Shown in pieces: positions 8,616 to 22,300 of a stretch of DNA of 32,000 nt. Made by a program: the position numbers and the translations under genes. The notes under the pieces were generated by a model. It was given only the letters and a program-made list of their open reading frames with translations, was not told the origin of the DNA and made no database searches. The DNA lies in assembly GCA_963704705.1 (NCBI GenBank), contig OY969931.1:1342546-1374545 (forward strand). The letters are read 5' to 3'. Position 1 is the stretch's first letter. Every line of letters begins with the position of its first letter. The DNA comes from an uncultured bacterium (GTDB lineage Bacteria; Patescibacteriota; Gracilibacteria; UBA1369; PNNO01).

Positions 8616-8649
8616 ATATACTAAGTAACCCCCACCTTACTTAGTATAT
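8616..8649. repeat. REP-like hairpin between convergent genes (possible bidirectional terminator or RNA-stability element)
   Basis: Perfect 13-bp stem, ATATACTAAGTAA (8616-8628) pairing with TTACTTAGTATAT (8637-8649), around loop CCCCCACC. The right arm touches the nadM stop codon (8649-8651). No T-tract follows on either strand. Confidence 0.8.
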
Positions 8650-9155
8650 CAAGCAATCATTTTCAGGCGCTCCACGCCTTTCCAGCTTTTTATGAGCTCG
8701 GCTACTTTTGGGTGCACATCGTCTTCCCACGACGCGTCGTCTTTGAGCATTTTTTCGCGCACGGAAGTTGCGCTTACACCCTCTACCATTTTAACGTCAG
8801 CAATTTTGTATTTACCGTAAACCTCGTAAAGCTGGCGCACAATCGGTGAGCCTGTGTAAACTTTATAAACCGGAGGAATATATTGATCAACGTGAGTCGT
8901 CCACAAAAAATAATTCATAACATTGCGAATCGGAATTATCACGTAGCGATCACGCGCGATTCTGCTTGCTTCAAGTGCGGCTTCGATCATCTGAAAACGT
9001 TCGCCGGCAGTAAAGGGATTCGCAAGTTCGTGATTTTCTTCTGCGCTCCCGATCACAATTATCAAACGGTCTTCAACTTCCAGAGCGCGTTTAATCACGT
9101 CTAAATGTCCAAGATGAAAAGGCTGAAATCTACCTACAAAAAGCGCTTGTTTCAT
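8649..9155 (-). CDS. nadM: Nicotinamide-nucleotide adenylyltransferase, archaeal NadM type
   Basis: 168 aa. Nucleotidyltransferase motif GRFQPFHLGH near the N-terminus and SATSVR near the C-terminus. This is a stand-alone short form with no Nudix fusion. The ATG at 9155 overlaps the nadE TGA (ATGA, 9152-9155). Confidence 0.9.
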   Translation of the reverse strand: MKQALFVGRFQPFHLGHLDVIKRALEVEDRLIIVIGSAEENHELANPFTAGERFQMIEAALEASRIARDRYVIIPIRNVMNYFLWTTHVDQYIPPVYKVYTGSPIVRQLYEVYGKYKIADVKMVEGVSATSVREKMLKDDASWEDDVHPKVAELIKSWKGVERLKMIA

Positions 9156-9904
9156 GATTTCGGGATTATATAAGGGACGTCTAATTTATGTTTGTTTGCG
9201 CGCATACGTTTGAACAATGAACGCACTAATGAAGCGCTCATTCCTTTGCTTACAAGTTCTTCTTCTCCAAGGTCTGCCTGATATAAAATATTGTCGATTT
9301 CTTCATAATCCGCACCAAGCTCCTGTTCGTCTGTCTGTCCCTCAAAAAGTTCAGCTGATGGCGGCTTCTCGATTATTTCTTTTGGAAGCTGCAAAAATTC
9401 AGCAAGCTCACGTACCTCAGTTTTGTATAATGATCCTAATGGCAAAATGTCAGCTGCAAGATCACCATATTTTGTTCCGTATCCGAGCATTAATTCGGAT
9501 TTGTTAGATGTGCCGACTACAAGCGCGCGGTGAGTATTTGCAAAATTATAAAGAATATTTGCGCGCACCCGTGCCTTTGTATTTGTGTAAGCGATTTCAT
9601 TTTGCTTCCATGGCACTTCCGAATAGCAAACCATAAAATTATTGATTGGAATTTTGTGAAAATCCACTCCTAAAAATTGAGCAAGTCCAACTGCATGGTC
9701 GATATTTACAGAAGAAGTCAGGCCGCGTTCCGGCATGATTAAAGCGTTAACATAAGCCGGGCCGAGTGTGTCGACTGCGATTTTAAGGGTTACCGCAGAG
9801 TCGAGTCCGCCGGATAAACCTAAGACCGCATTTCGAAAACCATTTTCTTCAAAATAGTTTTTTAAGCCTCCTCCTAATTTTTCGTAAATTTCTTCTATAT
9901 ACAT
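9152..9904 (-). CDS. nadE: NH3-dependent NAD+ synthetase
   Basis: PP-loop motif GLSGGLDSAV. The ORF is open up to a TTG at 9940, but that start would overlap smpB by 32 nt. The first ATG (9904, MYIEEIYEKL...) lies 4 nt after the smpB stop and leaves about 31 aa before the SGG motif, as in short NadE proteins. TGA stop at 9152-9154. Confidence 0.9.
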   Translation of the reverse strand: MYIEEIYEKLGGGLKNYFEENGFRNAVLGLSGGLDSAVTLKIAVDTLGPAYVNALIMPERGLTSSVNIDHAVGLAQFLGVDFHKIPINNFMVCYSEVPWKQNEIAYTNTKARVRANILYNFANTHRALVVGTSNKSELMLGYGTKYGDLAADILPLGSLYKTEVRELAEFLQLPKEIIEKPPSAELFEGQTDEQELGADYEEIDNILYQADLGEEELVSKGMSASLVRSLFKRMRANKHKLDVPYIIPKS

Positions 9905-9908
9905 GTGG

Positions 9909-10355
9909 TTATTTTCGTTTAAGTACTCGGGCAATGTCAAGATTTTGAGCTTTCTTTTTCAAATCCGCCCGTTTGTCGTAGAGTTTTTTTCCTTTAACAA
10001 GTGCGATTTTTAATTTAAGGAGCCCGCCTTTTGTATAAAGTTCAAGGGGTACGCAAGTTACTCCCTGCTCGTTTAATTTGGTTTCGATTTTGCTGATTTC
10101 TTTTTCATTAAGAAGAAGTTTTCTGTTTCTGTATGGATCTGCGTTATTTTTTCCTGCCATTTTATATGGCGAGATATGCGCTTTTTCAAGCCAAATTTCG
10201 TGCTTTGAACTTATGGAAATATAGCTGCCTTTTAAGTTAAGATTTCCTGTTCGGCAAGATTTTACTTCAGGGCCGATAAGCTGAATTCCCGCCTCAAAAC
10301 TTTCGAGAATTTCATAGTCGTGGAATGCCTTTTTGTTTTTTGAGAGAGTTGTCAT
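9909..10355 (-). CDS. smpB: SsrA-binding protein SmpB
   Basis: 148 aa starting at ATG 10355: MTTLSKNKKAFHDYEILESFEAGIQLIGPEVKSCR...NRKLLLNEKEI...KGKKLYDKR, colinear with canonical SmpB. The 345-aa ORF in the track (9909-10946) is this gene plus a spurious antisense read-through into the high-GC gene. Confidence 0.92.
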   Translation of the reverse strand: MTTLSKNKKAFHDYEILESFEAGIQLIGPEVKSCRTGNLNLKGSYISISSKHEIWLEKAHISPYKMAGKNNADPYRNRKLLLNEKEISKIETKLNEQGVTCVPLELYTKGGLLKLKIALVKGKKLYDKRADLKKKAQNLDIARVLKRK

Positions 10356-10465
10356 ATACGGTTGTAAGTTTAGGTGTTTTTGAAGATTTAAATCAAGAGG
10401 AATATTGGGGTTGTAAAATATGTCACTTATGGCATAATAGCAATCCCAGCTTTGCTTGGAACAAG

Positions 10466-10489
10466 CAATGAGCAAAGCTTTGCTCATTG
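10466..10489. promoter_or_regulatory. Perfect 24-bp palindrome in the divergent smpB / high-GC-gene intergenic region
   Basis: CAATGAGCAAAG|CTTTGCTCATTG is exactly self-complementary. It is flanked by a second small hairpin, TTGCTTG-gaa-CAAGCAA (10452-10468), and by a duplicated AGCTTTGCT (10448-10456 and 10477-10485). Function unknown (operator, or a recombination scar). Confidence 0.4.
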
Positions 10490-10541
10490 AAAAAATACGG
10501 CCAAAAAACCAAAACGAAGGAAGAAAAAAGGAGCGATTTAG

Positions 10542-13202
<2,661 letters not shown>

Positions 13203-13247
13203 GCCGCGGATCAGCTGCTCAGGATAAGCTGACCACTGATATATTTT

Positions 13248-13295
13248 GCCCGGCTTGCCGTAGTTCTCAAACTATTGCAAGACCGGGCTTTTTTT
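13248..13295 (+). terminator. Rho-independent terminator of the high-GC gene
   Basis: GCCCGGCTTGC (13248-13258) pairs with GCAAGaCCGGGC (13277-13288, one bulged A). An inner TAGTT/AACTA stem closes on loop CTCA. A run of seven T follows (13289-13295). Confidence 0.8.
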
Positions 13296-13307
13296 AAATT
13301 TTAACAC

Positions 13308-13336
13308 TTTACCCAAAATCGTTTTTCTGGTATAAT
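13308..13336 (+). promoter_or_regulatory. Putative promoter with extended -10 for the giant-gene operon
   Basis: -35 TTTACC (13308-13313), 17-nt spacer ending in TGg, perfect -10 TATAAT (13331-13336). It lies 36 nt upstream of the ATG at 13373. Motif match only. Confidence 0.4.
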
Positions 13337-13372
13337 AATAATGAAACAAAAATAAAAAGTTATAACTTCTCC

Positions 13373-16300
13373 ATGCGGACTTCAAATAATTGGCTTGAAA
13401 AGCGAAAAAACAGAGAACGTTTACTTGCCAGAACCCAAAACATCGCGATTGGCAGTTTAATAGCGGCTATAACCATTGGCCCGCTTATTTATTTTGCCGC
13501 AGTCGCAGTTCCAATCGAAATAAGAGAAGCGCGAAATGTTCAATTGACTGAAGAATCAGCGGCTACTCCTGAGATTGCAATTGAAATTCCGGCTACTCCG
13601 GAAATATCACTAAGTGAGAAACCAATTAAATTTCCTGAGCCCGTTAAAGAAATTAAAAAAATAGAAAATCCGAAAGTTGAATTTAAATTGTCAGATCTTC
13701 CTAAAGAAAACCAACAAAAAGAAATTGTTTCAACAGGTAAATCAGAATCGGCTGAAGCAAAATTTATAGATACTCTTAAAACAGAATTTAAAGATCAGGA
13801 GAAAGATGTCCAGATTAAAGTAACTAACAAACAAGTTGATGGGCAAAATGAAAAATTGGTAGTTATGGAGAATCTCGATATTGATGACGGACCACGACAA
13901 ATCCGAAAAACAGAAGATGCTGACACAGTTGCCAGAGCAGCGTTGAGAAAATATTTAAAAACAAATCCAAAAGAAGTTGATTTTGATATATACACCGATA
14001 CAAGCAAACTTACAAATTCAAAGAAAACATATCAGCTCGTTGTTTCTGATATAAAAACAAACAACGGAAAATGGTATGTAACATTCGAGCAATACAAAAA
14101 TGCACTTCCTGTTTTTGATGGAAATATAAAAATGATTTTTACGGAAAGAAAAAATTTAATTGCAATAACTGACAATATCAGAACTGACTTCCCGGAAATT
14201 GAGGACTTCTCAATCACAAATTCAGAAGCTTCAGGAGCCATACAAGATGTTTTCACGCAATGGGATGAAGGCGTAGATAAAATTGGATTTGTAAACAAGG
14301 GATATTATAAAAACAAACCAGCTTTCAAAATTGAATTGGAAAGTCATAATCCATTAGGAAATTTTGAAGTTCTTGTGGACGGATCAAACGGTGATATTGA
14401 GAATGTTAAGGGAGATATAAGGCTTGCTGATGAAACAGGTTATACAACAGAAGAGCTTGAAGGACTGCGTGCTGGAAATCCTTTACCTTACAACCCCGTA
14501 GTTGATAAAGTGGACCCCGTTCTTTACGATGTAGGTGAACGCAAACCTGAAGAAGAAAATCAAGTTTATCCTTCAGTTGAAGAACTGGATCAAATAAAAA
14601 TAAATGCAGAAAATACAGCGCTTCAACAGGAATTAATTGCAAATCCAGTAAATCCTGAAGCTCCACAACTGGAATTACAGAGAAGCGAAATTTTCCAAAA
14701 AATAATTGCACCGGTTTATGCCGAAGAGAAATTCCAGGTTCCTGAACAGCAAATTACAGGGCCTTCAATCGGAGTAATTCAGGAATTTTCTGCTACAGGC
14801 GATGCTGCGGCAACTCCTGATGTAGGGGCCACTCTTGAACCTGACATTGTAATTCTTGATACAATTTTCAGTCAGGTTTTAGGAAAAATTTATCCTCAAA
14901 CTCCGGATCAGGAACCAATAATTACACCTTTTGCCAACGCTTATACATTTTTCAGCCAGAAACAAAATATTACAGATGAAGGAGGATATTTTGAAAATAA
15001 AGATTTGGACTGGTACAGCGTATATCTCGATGGTCCATATGTGACTGTTTATGATGATGACGCCAGTTCGGATGCGGAAATCAAAGATCGCACGCCTGAA
15101 GACCCTTTTGTTTGGGATGAAAACAGTGCGAGTCTCGCAGCAATAAATGCGTTCTATCATACAAATGAAATGCATAAATATTTTGCTGATAAATTTAATT
15201 TCGATACAAATAAAAAAATTCCGGTTACTGTAAATTCCGAACTTGTTGATCAATATTTAAATGGTTGCGGTGCATGGTTTGATAATTCTGATAAATCCAT
15301 TGAAATGGGTCGCGGCGGTACCGATACCTGCCCTGAAGATTTGAATTATGCACTTTCTAGTGATTTTGTTTATCATGAATATACACACTTTGTAGTTGAA
15401 GAAATAACACATCTTCCAAATATTACAGGGGCTGAATCCGCAGCAATGGGTGAAGGACTTGCGGATTATTTTGCTGCATCTGCTAATAATGACCCTGTAT
15501 GGGGTGATGTGGTTGCCCCTAATGATACCAGGAATTTAAAAAATACTTTAAATTATAATTATGATCTTAATGGTGAATCTCATCATGATGGACAAATTTT
15601 TGCAGGAGCATTATGGGATTTAAGAACTTTGATTGGCCCTATTGAAGCTGACAAATTGGTATTTAACACTTTATATCAAGATAGACTGCATTTTGAAACC
15701 TTCATGTATGGAATGCTTATAGAAGATGATGATAACAATGATTTTTCTGATGGGACACCTCACATGCTTGAGATTTTAGCTGCATTTGAAAATCATGGAA
15801 TCGGACCAGGAATAGCTAACTTTGATGGGCTTCCTGTTGATCCTGAAGCCTGGACAGATTTGCTAGGTGAAGAAGCGCCTCAGGGACAGGAAGATTCAAT
15901 ATTAAACGCTATAAGTGCAGGGTGCGAGGGCTATGATGATGGCACTTCAATAGTAATCCCTGATAATGTCACCTGTACTTTTACTGGATCCGGAAGTCGT
16001 TCAATAATTTATTTAGCGGGTGGTGCTGATCTTTATATCGGAGATTCATCTACTTACGGGATTCTCTCAACTAGCGGCGATACCAGTATTTATGGAACAA
16101 CAGCAATATCATCATTAAGAATCGGATGGTATAGTGGTGTTTATGGCCGCTTAACAGTTGGCGATGAATTGTTCTTAATTAATGGCGGTTGGCTGTATTC
16201 GGGATATGACGGATCAAATTTTGCAAATGCAAATACATATCTTCATGTTACAGGCAGTACGCAAATATATAAACAATCCACCAGTTATACTTCAAGCAAC

Positions 16301-19300
16301 TTTGTTTCCATTTATAATGATGCAACAAGTGATAATAATTTGGGTGTTTTATATATAGGAAGAAGTGACACTTCTACTTCATTTTACGGAAACCAGAGTT
16401 ATTTTTACAATGGAGGTTCGGCAAGAACAAATGTCGACTATTTCAGACTGGATAATGGCGGCTATATAAATAATTATACAAACTTTTATGTGACTACTAG
16501 TAATTCGGATATTTTGAACGGGTCAATTATGTATAACCGAAGTAGTGCTATTTTCAATAACGCTGGATACACGACTTATGTCTGGGACGACTCTCTTTTT
16601 GATAATGACGGGACTGTAAACAGCAATAGTTTTGACTTCCGTGATTCAGCTGAATTAAATATGGATGGCGGCACAATTAATGGAACCACCGCTATTTTCT
16701 ACAATACTTCATGGCTGGATTTGAATGCCGGAACATTTAATGTAACAACAGCAACATATAACAATTCTACAAATGCGGATGTTGCAGGAGGTGATTTTAG
16801 TCCAACAACTGCAAATTTTTATACCACTTCTTATGTAAACCATTATACTGGCGGCAGTACTCATATTACCAGTTTAAACCTATACAACAGTAGTTTCTGG
16901 AACCATTACGGAGGAACTACCAGTATTGGCAACTTTAATATGAATGATACAAGCTATGCCAGGGCTAATACCAGCGGCCAAACACTAACAGCTACTTCAT
17001 TTAATCTGTATGATTCGGCTGTACTTGAAAAGGCTTATTACTCCGCAGCTTCAAATGGTGATGGAAATATTTCCGCAACTAATATCTGGCTACAGGGTAC
17101 TTCCAGCCTGGACATTTTGCGATCAACGGGTAGTGTAACTGCTTCCGGTACAATAACTGTTGATGACGACAGTCAATATTATCAGTCTACAGGTAGCACT
17201 ACAGCATCTTATTTTAGTGTAGTAGGTACGACTCAAACAACGCAGAGTGGCGAATTGTATTTGACGGGCGGTACTTTAACTGTAAGTACAAGATTATTAA
17301 TAAATGAAAACGGTTGGGTTAATCAAGACGGAGGTACGGTTGATGCCGTACTTGGCCAACTTAATAGTAATGCCGCTATATACGACCAGGATGGCGGTAC
17401 AGCGGATTTTGACACGCTCCGGATGTACTTAAATAGTCATTATCAAAATGACAGTGCGGTAATTATAAGAGTAGGAGGCGGAAACATGACTGATACTTCG
17501 GTCTTTGAAAATAATTATACTGCTGGAGGTACAGCAACGGTGACAATACCTTCAGGTTTAACAGGCCAACAATCATTCTTATTAGACACTTCCGCACATT
17601 TCTACAATAGATATGGGGGAAGTTTCACTACAGATACAAGCGGATCATCAAACGGGGATACTATCGACGTAATAGACTCATCAACTTTTGATAATTACGG
17701 AACATTAACCACTTATAATTTAAGAATAGGATGGAACGACGTAGATAAAACCCAAATAGGAGGCTTTTATCACAACTTATACACTACTTATGAAAGTAAG
17801 ACGAACGTACATGGCGATTTAATAATGTACAGAGGTTATATGAGTAATGATGCAGGCAGCACAACTGCATATGGGGTAGTTGTGAGTGGGAATGTAAATA
17901 TGAAAGGTTACTGGCAAGGAACAATATGTGACAATTCTGATTTAGAAAATAGTGGATTATTCTCTGTCAGTGGAAATATTACAATGACCAGTAGTACCCT
18001 GACCCCTGCTTACACCTGTACAGAAATCAACAACTTTGCCAATGCTTCGACTTTACATAAGTTTTCTGCAGCTAATATTACGTCTACATACGACTATTCT
18101 GACATAACAAATGCAGGCGATTTTTATGTTACAACTGGTTCAATAAACATGACTTCTACACATGCATTCTTTCAGAATTCTTCTAGTGGTTATGTTTCGG
18201 TATATGATGACTTTATTATAGATTCAACAGGTGCATATGCAGTTTATCTTGATAATTCCGGAGATTTTAATGTTGGAATTTCAACAACAAGTAGTCTCCA
18301 AGTAGCGGGAAATTCATATGTTGATAATAATTCGGGAGGGACTATAAATGTTGATGATGCTGCAACTACAAGTACAACCAGGGGGCAATTTACAATTTAT
18401 CAAGATGGTTCTTTGGTCAATGAAGGAGATGTAAGTGCAAATCTATTCTGGGTGGATAGTGGCGGAGGAACATCTGTAACGGGATTTGAAAATCAAAATG
18501 GGGGCACTATAACTTCAACATATAGCGGCAGTGCAACCTACGGAATGAAGTGTATTTACGCAATATGCCAACATAAAAATACTGCGACGAGTTTAACGGT
18601 GGCAAGTGGATTGTTGGTACAAAGTGATTTAAGTTATATTACGAATTTTATAGTCGGAGCACCAGCAAATATAAATAATGCTTATATTAACTGGAACAGT
18701 ATGGTAACCATTAATTCTAACGCCACTTTAACAGCATCTGGCCAATGGCAGGTTTTAGATGATCAAAATGCCACAATTCCTGATTATGACGGACAAATAG
18801 TCGTTACGTCAGGATCGACCTTTAATGGGGGATCTTCTGCAAACGTATACTTAGGAGGGCCAGCTAATACGGGCGGAGAAATTGACAATTCAGGATCTTT
18901 TTATGCTAACAATTTGACACTTTATGATAGTAGCCTATTTACCAACCAAAGCACTGGAGATGTCGGAATCTCAAATACATTGCAGCTCGCATATGAATTT
19001 ACGCCATCTGCATTTATTAGAAGTTATGAAAATTATGGTTCTACCGAAGCTACTTATTTGCAAGTATACGGAGATAATTCAATATTTAATTCGGATGGAA
19101 CTTCAGCTCAAATTTATATTAACAATGATTTGGACATTAATGGAGGCAAACTCACTGTTGCCAGCGGATCAGTAGGCGCAACAATTGATGGTAATGCTTA
19201 TATTTATTACAAAAACGGTTCAACAACTTCAGGCGAGCTTTATAATTTTGATAATAGCTTTGTTGTTGCAGGAAAAATGTACGTGTCAGGTTTTGTACAA

Positions 19301-22300
19301 AATGGTAATAGTTTATTTGGTGCCGCAATGGAAATCCGAAGCAATACAGGCTCAGAAGATTTATATGTACATAGAGGCGTATCTGCCGATGGATACGGTA
19401 AATTCCTCAATTCTGGCGCTACCCTAACGGTTGGTGATGCTTCCGGAGGAGAAATTAAAGTAGAAGGAATTCAAAATATTTCTTTACCTGGCTCTTACTA
19501 TATTGCTTTATTCCAAAATTCAGAGGGGGCTATACACAGAGCAGGCCATGTTAATACTGATGAAATGTATATAAAAACCGCAGCGGATTTACTCAATTAC
19601 ACCGACCTTAATGTAAACAATAAATTATGGACAGGCGAGGACGAGTCGCCAAAAACCGTTACCAACTATGCAACTGGCGATATCGACGTAATAGGTGATG
19701 GTGATTCATGGTTTTATAACAATTCAACAGTAACAAATAGCGGCACATTCGATGCAACCGGAACATCCGGCATCATGAAAGTAATGCAAACTGTACAAAC
19801 AACCACCTTGGATAACTACGGCACTCTTTCTACTGATAAACTTTGGAATGGTAGTTCTGCTGAATACTATGGAGGTACAACCAGCAATCTCACATCAGGA
19901 ACTATTACCGTCAACGACAGTACCTCAGATACAGCACAAAACTACGGTGGAACAATAATACAAAACTCAAGCGGTTCAATAGATATCAGTTCGGGCCGCT
20001 TTACCACAACAAGTAATTCCGGCTCGTATGTAGGAACTGTTACTCAAAATTCTGGTACAGGTGAAATTAAATTGGGCGAATTATATATTACAAATTATGG
20101 ATATTATGAAATTAGCGGTTCAAATACCGATCCCGGAACTCATGTTTATGATACCGTATCCAGTGGAAACCTGGCCATTTCGGGAACAACTTCCGAACTT
20201 TATATTAATGGTTCGCAGGTATACGTAGATGGTGCATCTAACATTTATGCAAATGGAACCCTTACAAACAATGCACTTAGAGTTTCAGGGTCAGGTGGTT
20301 TTGTTTCTGATGGTTTGACAACCGTTTATTCAGGCGGTTTATTAAACTCAGATAATGATTCCACATGCCTGTTTAATAGCGGATTAACAGTCCAGGGAGA
20401 AGCAAACATCCTTGATGATGCAACGATAATCGGAAATTTAATTATTGATTTAGGCGGACTTGTTAATTTTGGTTTCCAAAGTCCGGTAATTCCAAACGTA
20501 GGTGCGATATATGTATCAGGTTATCTGTATATGTATGGTTCCAATACGGTATTGAACAATAATAGCCAGTTTGCTGTAAACACATTTGGAACTTTTGGAT
20601 CAAGCACAGGCACTCAAACTGCAACTTTCAACAATAACGGTTATACCGACGTTTCGAACAGTTCTTTTGCAGCATTTGGCAATGACATTAATGTACAAAA
20701 AACAGGTATCATTAATAGTGATGGCCCTTTAACCACGGGCGACAATATGATTGTCAGTTCTGGCGGAACAGTGAATTTAAATGATAATGCGGCCAGTCCA
20801 GATGACTATTGCCAAACTTGGATAGGCAATGACGGCACAGGAAATTTAACAATTAATCAGGATGGCACAGATATAGGTAAAGTGACTGTAAATTGTACAA
20901 GAACAACTAGTTCCGCTGAACTGACCGTATTTAGTAATACCTATGTATATGGCGAACTTGAATTAAACTCGGGAATGCTAACCCAAAACATGATAATAGG
21001 TGAACCAAGCGCCGCTTATACTGGCTCTGTATATCATAAACCTATAGTTGACCTTATAGGCGACAATGCTCCGGATATTGTATTTTTACTAACTATTACT
21101 CATGATTTAACCATAAATCCTGAAGGTGAAATTAACGTTAGTGCTTTATCATATATTAAGCCTTCATCAACTCATCCATATGCAGGTGTATTCGGAGGCA
21201 AAGGTCAGTATTCAAGTGCAACAGGAATTACTGAATATGGAACCATTGAAACCGGTTCAGTAAATTTTGGACGAGCAGGAGAAGATGCTGACCGTGATTT
21301 AGGTGCCGGAGGAGGTAAAGCTCAGGTAGTTGTTGGAAACGACGCAGTTGTAAACGGACCGATAAATGCGGACGGAGAAAGTGTAAAGCCAAATTTTGAT
21401 GTTGGCGGCGGAACAACTTATGATTGCGCAGGAAGCGGCGGAAGCGTATTCCTTACTATAGGTGGAGCCTTGAGCGGAAGCGGAGATATTACTGCAAGAG
21501 GCGGCGACTCAACTCCTGATATTTCAGGAGGCACAGCTGTTGCAATGGCTGGTGGTGGTGGTCGTATATATATAGAATATTATGATAAATCAGCTTATAC
21601 CGGTAAAGTAAAAGCAAATGGCGGTGCTGCCGACAGAGATACTTCATCTGGCGGACTAAACCTATATCACGCCGGAACAGGTACTGTTTTCTATAAATGG
21701 ACAGATCCATGGGCAAATGAAAATGACGGTACACTTGTAATAGATCCGGATGGTTCTTGGGCTGATATAGATTTCAGTGGTACCGGAACTTTAATAGATG
21801 CGACTACATTGGCAAATCTAACCGATAAATATTTAGATGTTGAAAGTGTTCAAATTGAACCTTACGGAAGTCTGCACCTGCCAGGTACCAATTGTGCGGG
21901 TGGAACCTGTTCAAAATTACAACAATGTTTAAAGGCAACTCCTGCTTCATTCTTTTTGGATACATTAGGAGAAGTTTTATATAACAGAGACCATGGAAGT
22001 GGAACTATAAAAAGCGTATGTATTGCTACACCGGATCCTCCTTATAAATTATTTATCAATGACCCTGGAACAGGAGCCCAAAGCGCAATTAACGCCAAAG
22101 AAGGTGACCCTATTGCAACATTGTTTAGCCTTGTTCCTAAGTTCTCGGCTATACATTTTGATGGACGCTTTGACAGTACAGGTACTTATGCGGATGCAAG
22201 TCCTCATCAGGCAACTCATTATGAGATACAAATAGCTGACACTGACGCGACTTATCCAACAAGCCCTCAATATTTATTTGATGATAATGCAACGCATATA

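Noticed and set aside
8616-8649. Classical rho-independent terminators at the REP hairpins (also 6939-6972)
   Set aside because: The stems are AT-rich with C-rich loops, and no T-tract follows on either strand. This contrasts with the clear GC-stem plus T7 terminator at 13248-13295. A terminator or stability role is not excluded, but it is not the simplest reading.
8649-9155. Alternative genetic code (UGA read as a sense codon, as in some CPR lineages)
   Set aside because: nadM and nadE both terminate at TGA at normal protein lengths, with an ATGA coupling overlap. All other genes give full-length products under the standard code.
10356-10541. tmRNA (ssrA) adjacent to smpB
   Set aside because: The gap is only 186 nt, shorter than a tmRNA. 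I could find no tRNA-like acceptor/T-arm pairing and no tag-peptide reading frame ending in a typical ..ALAA-stop.
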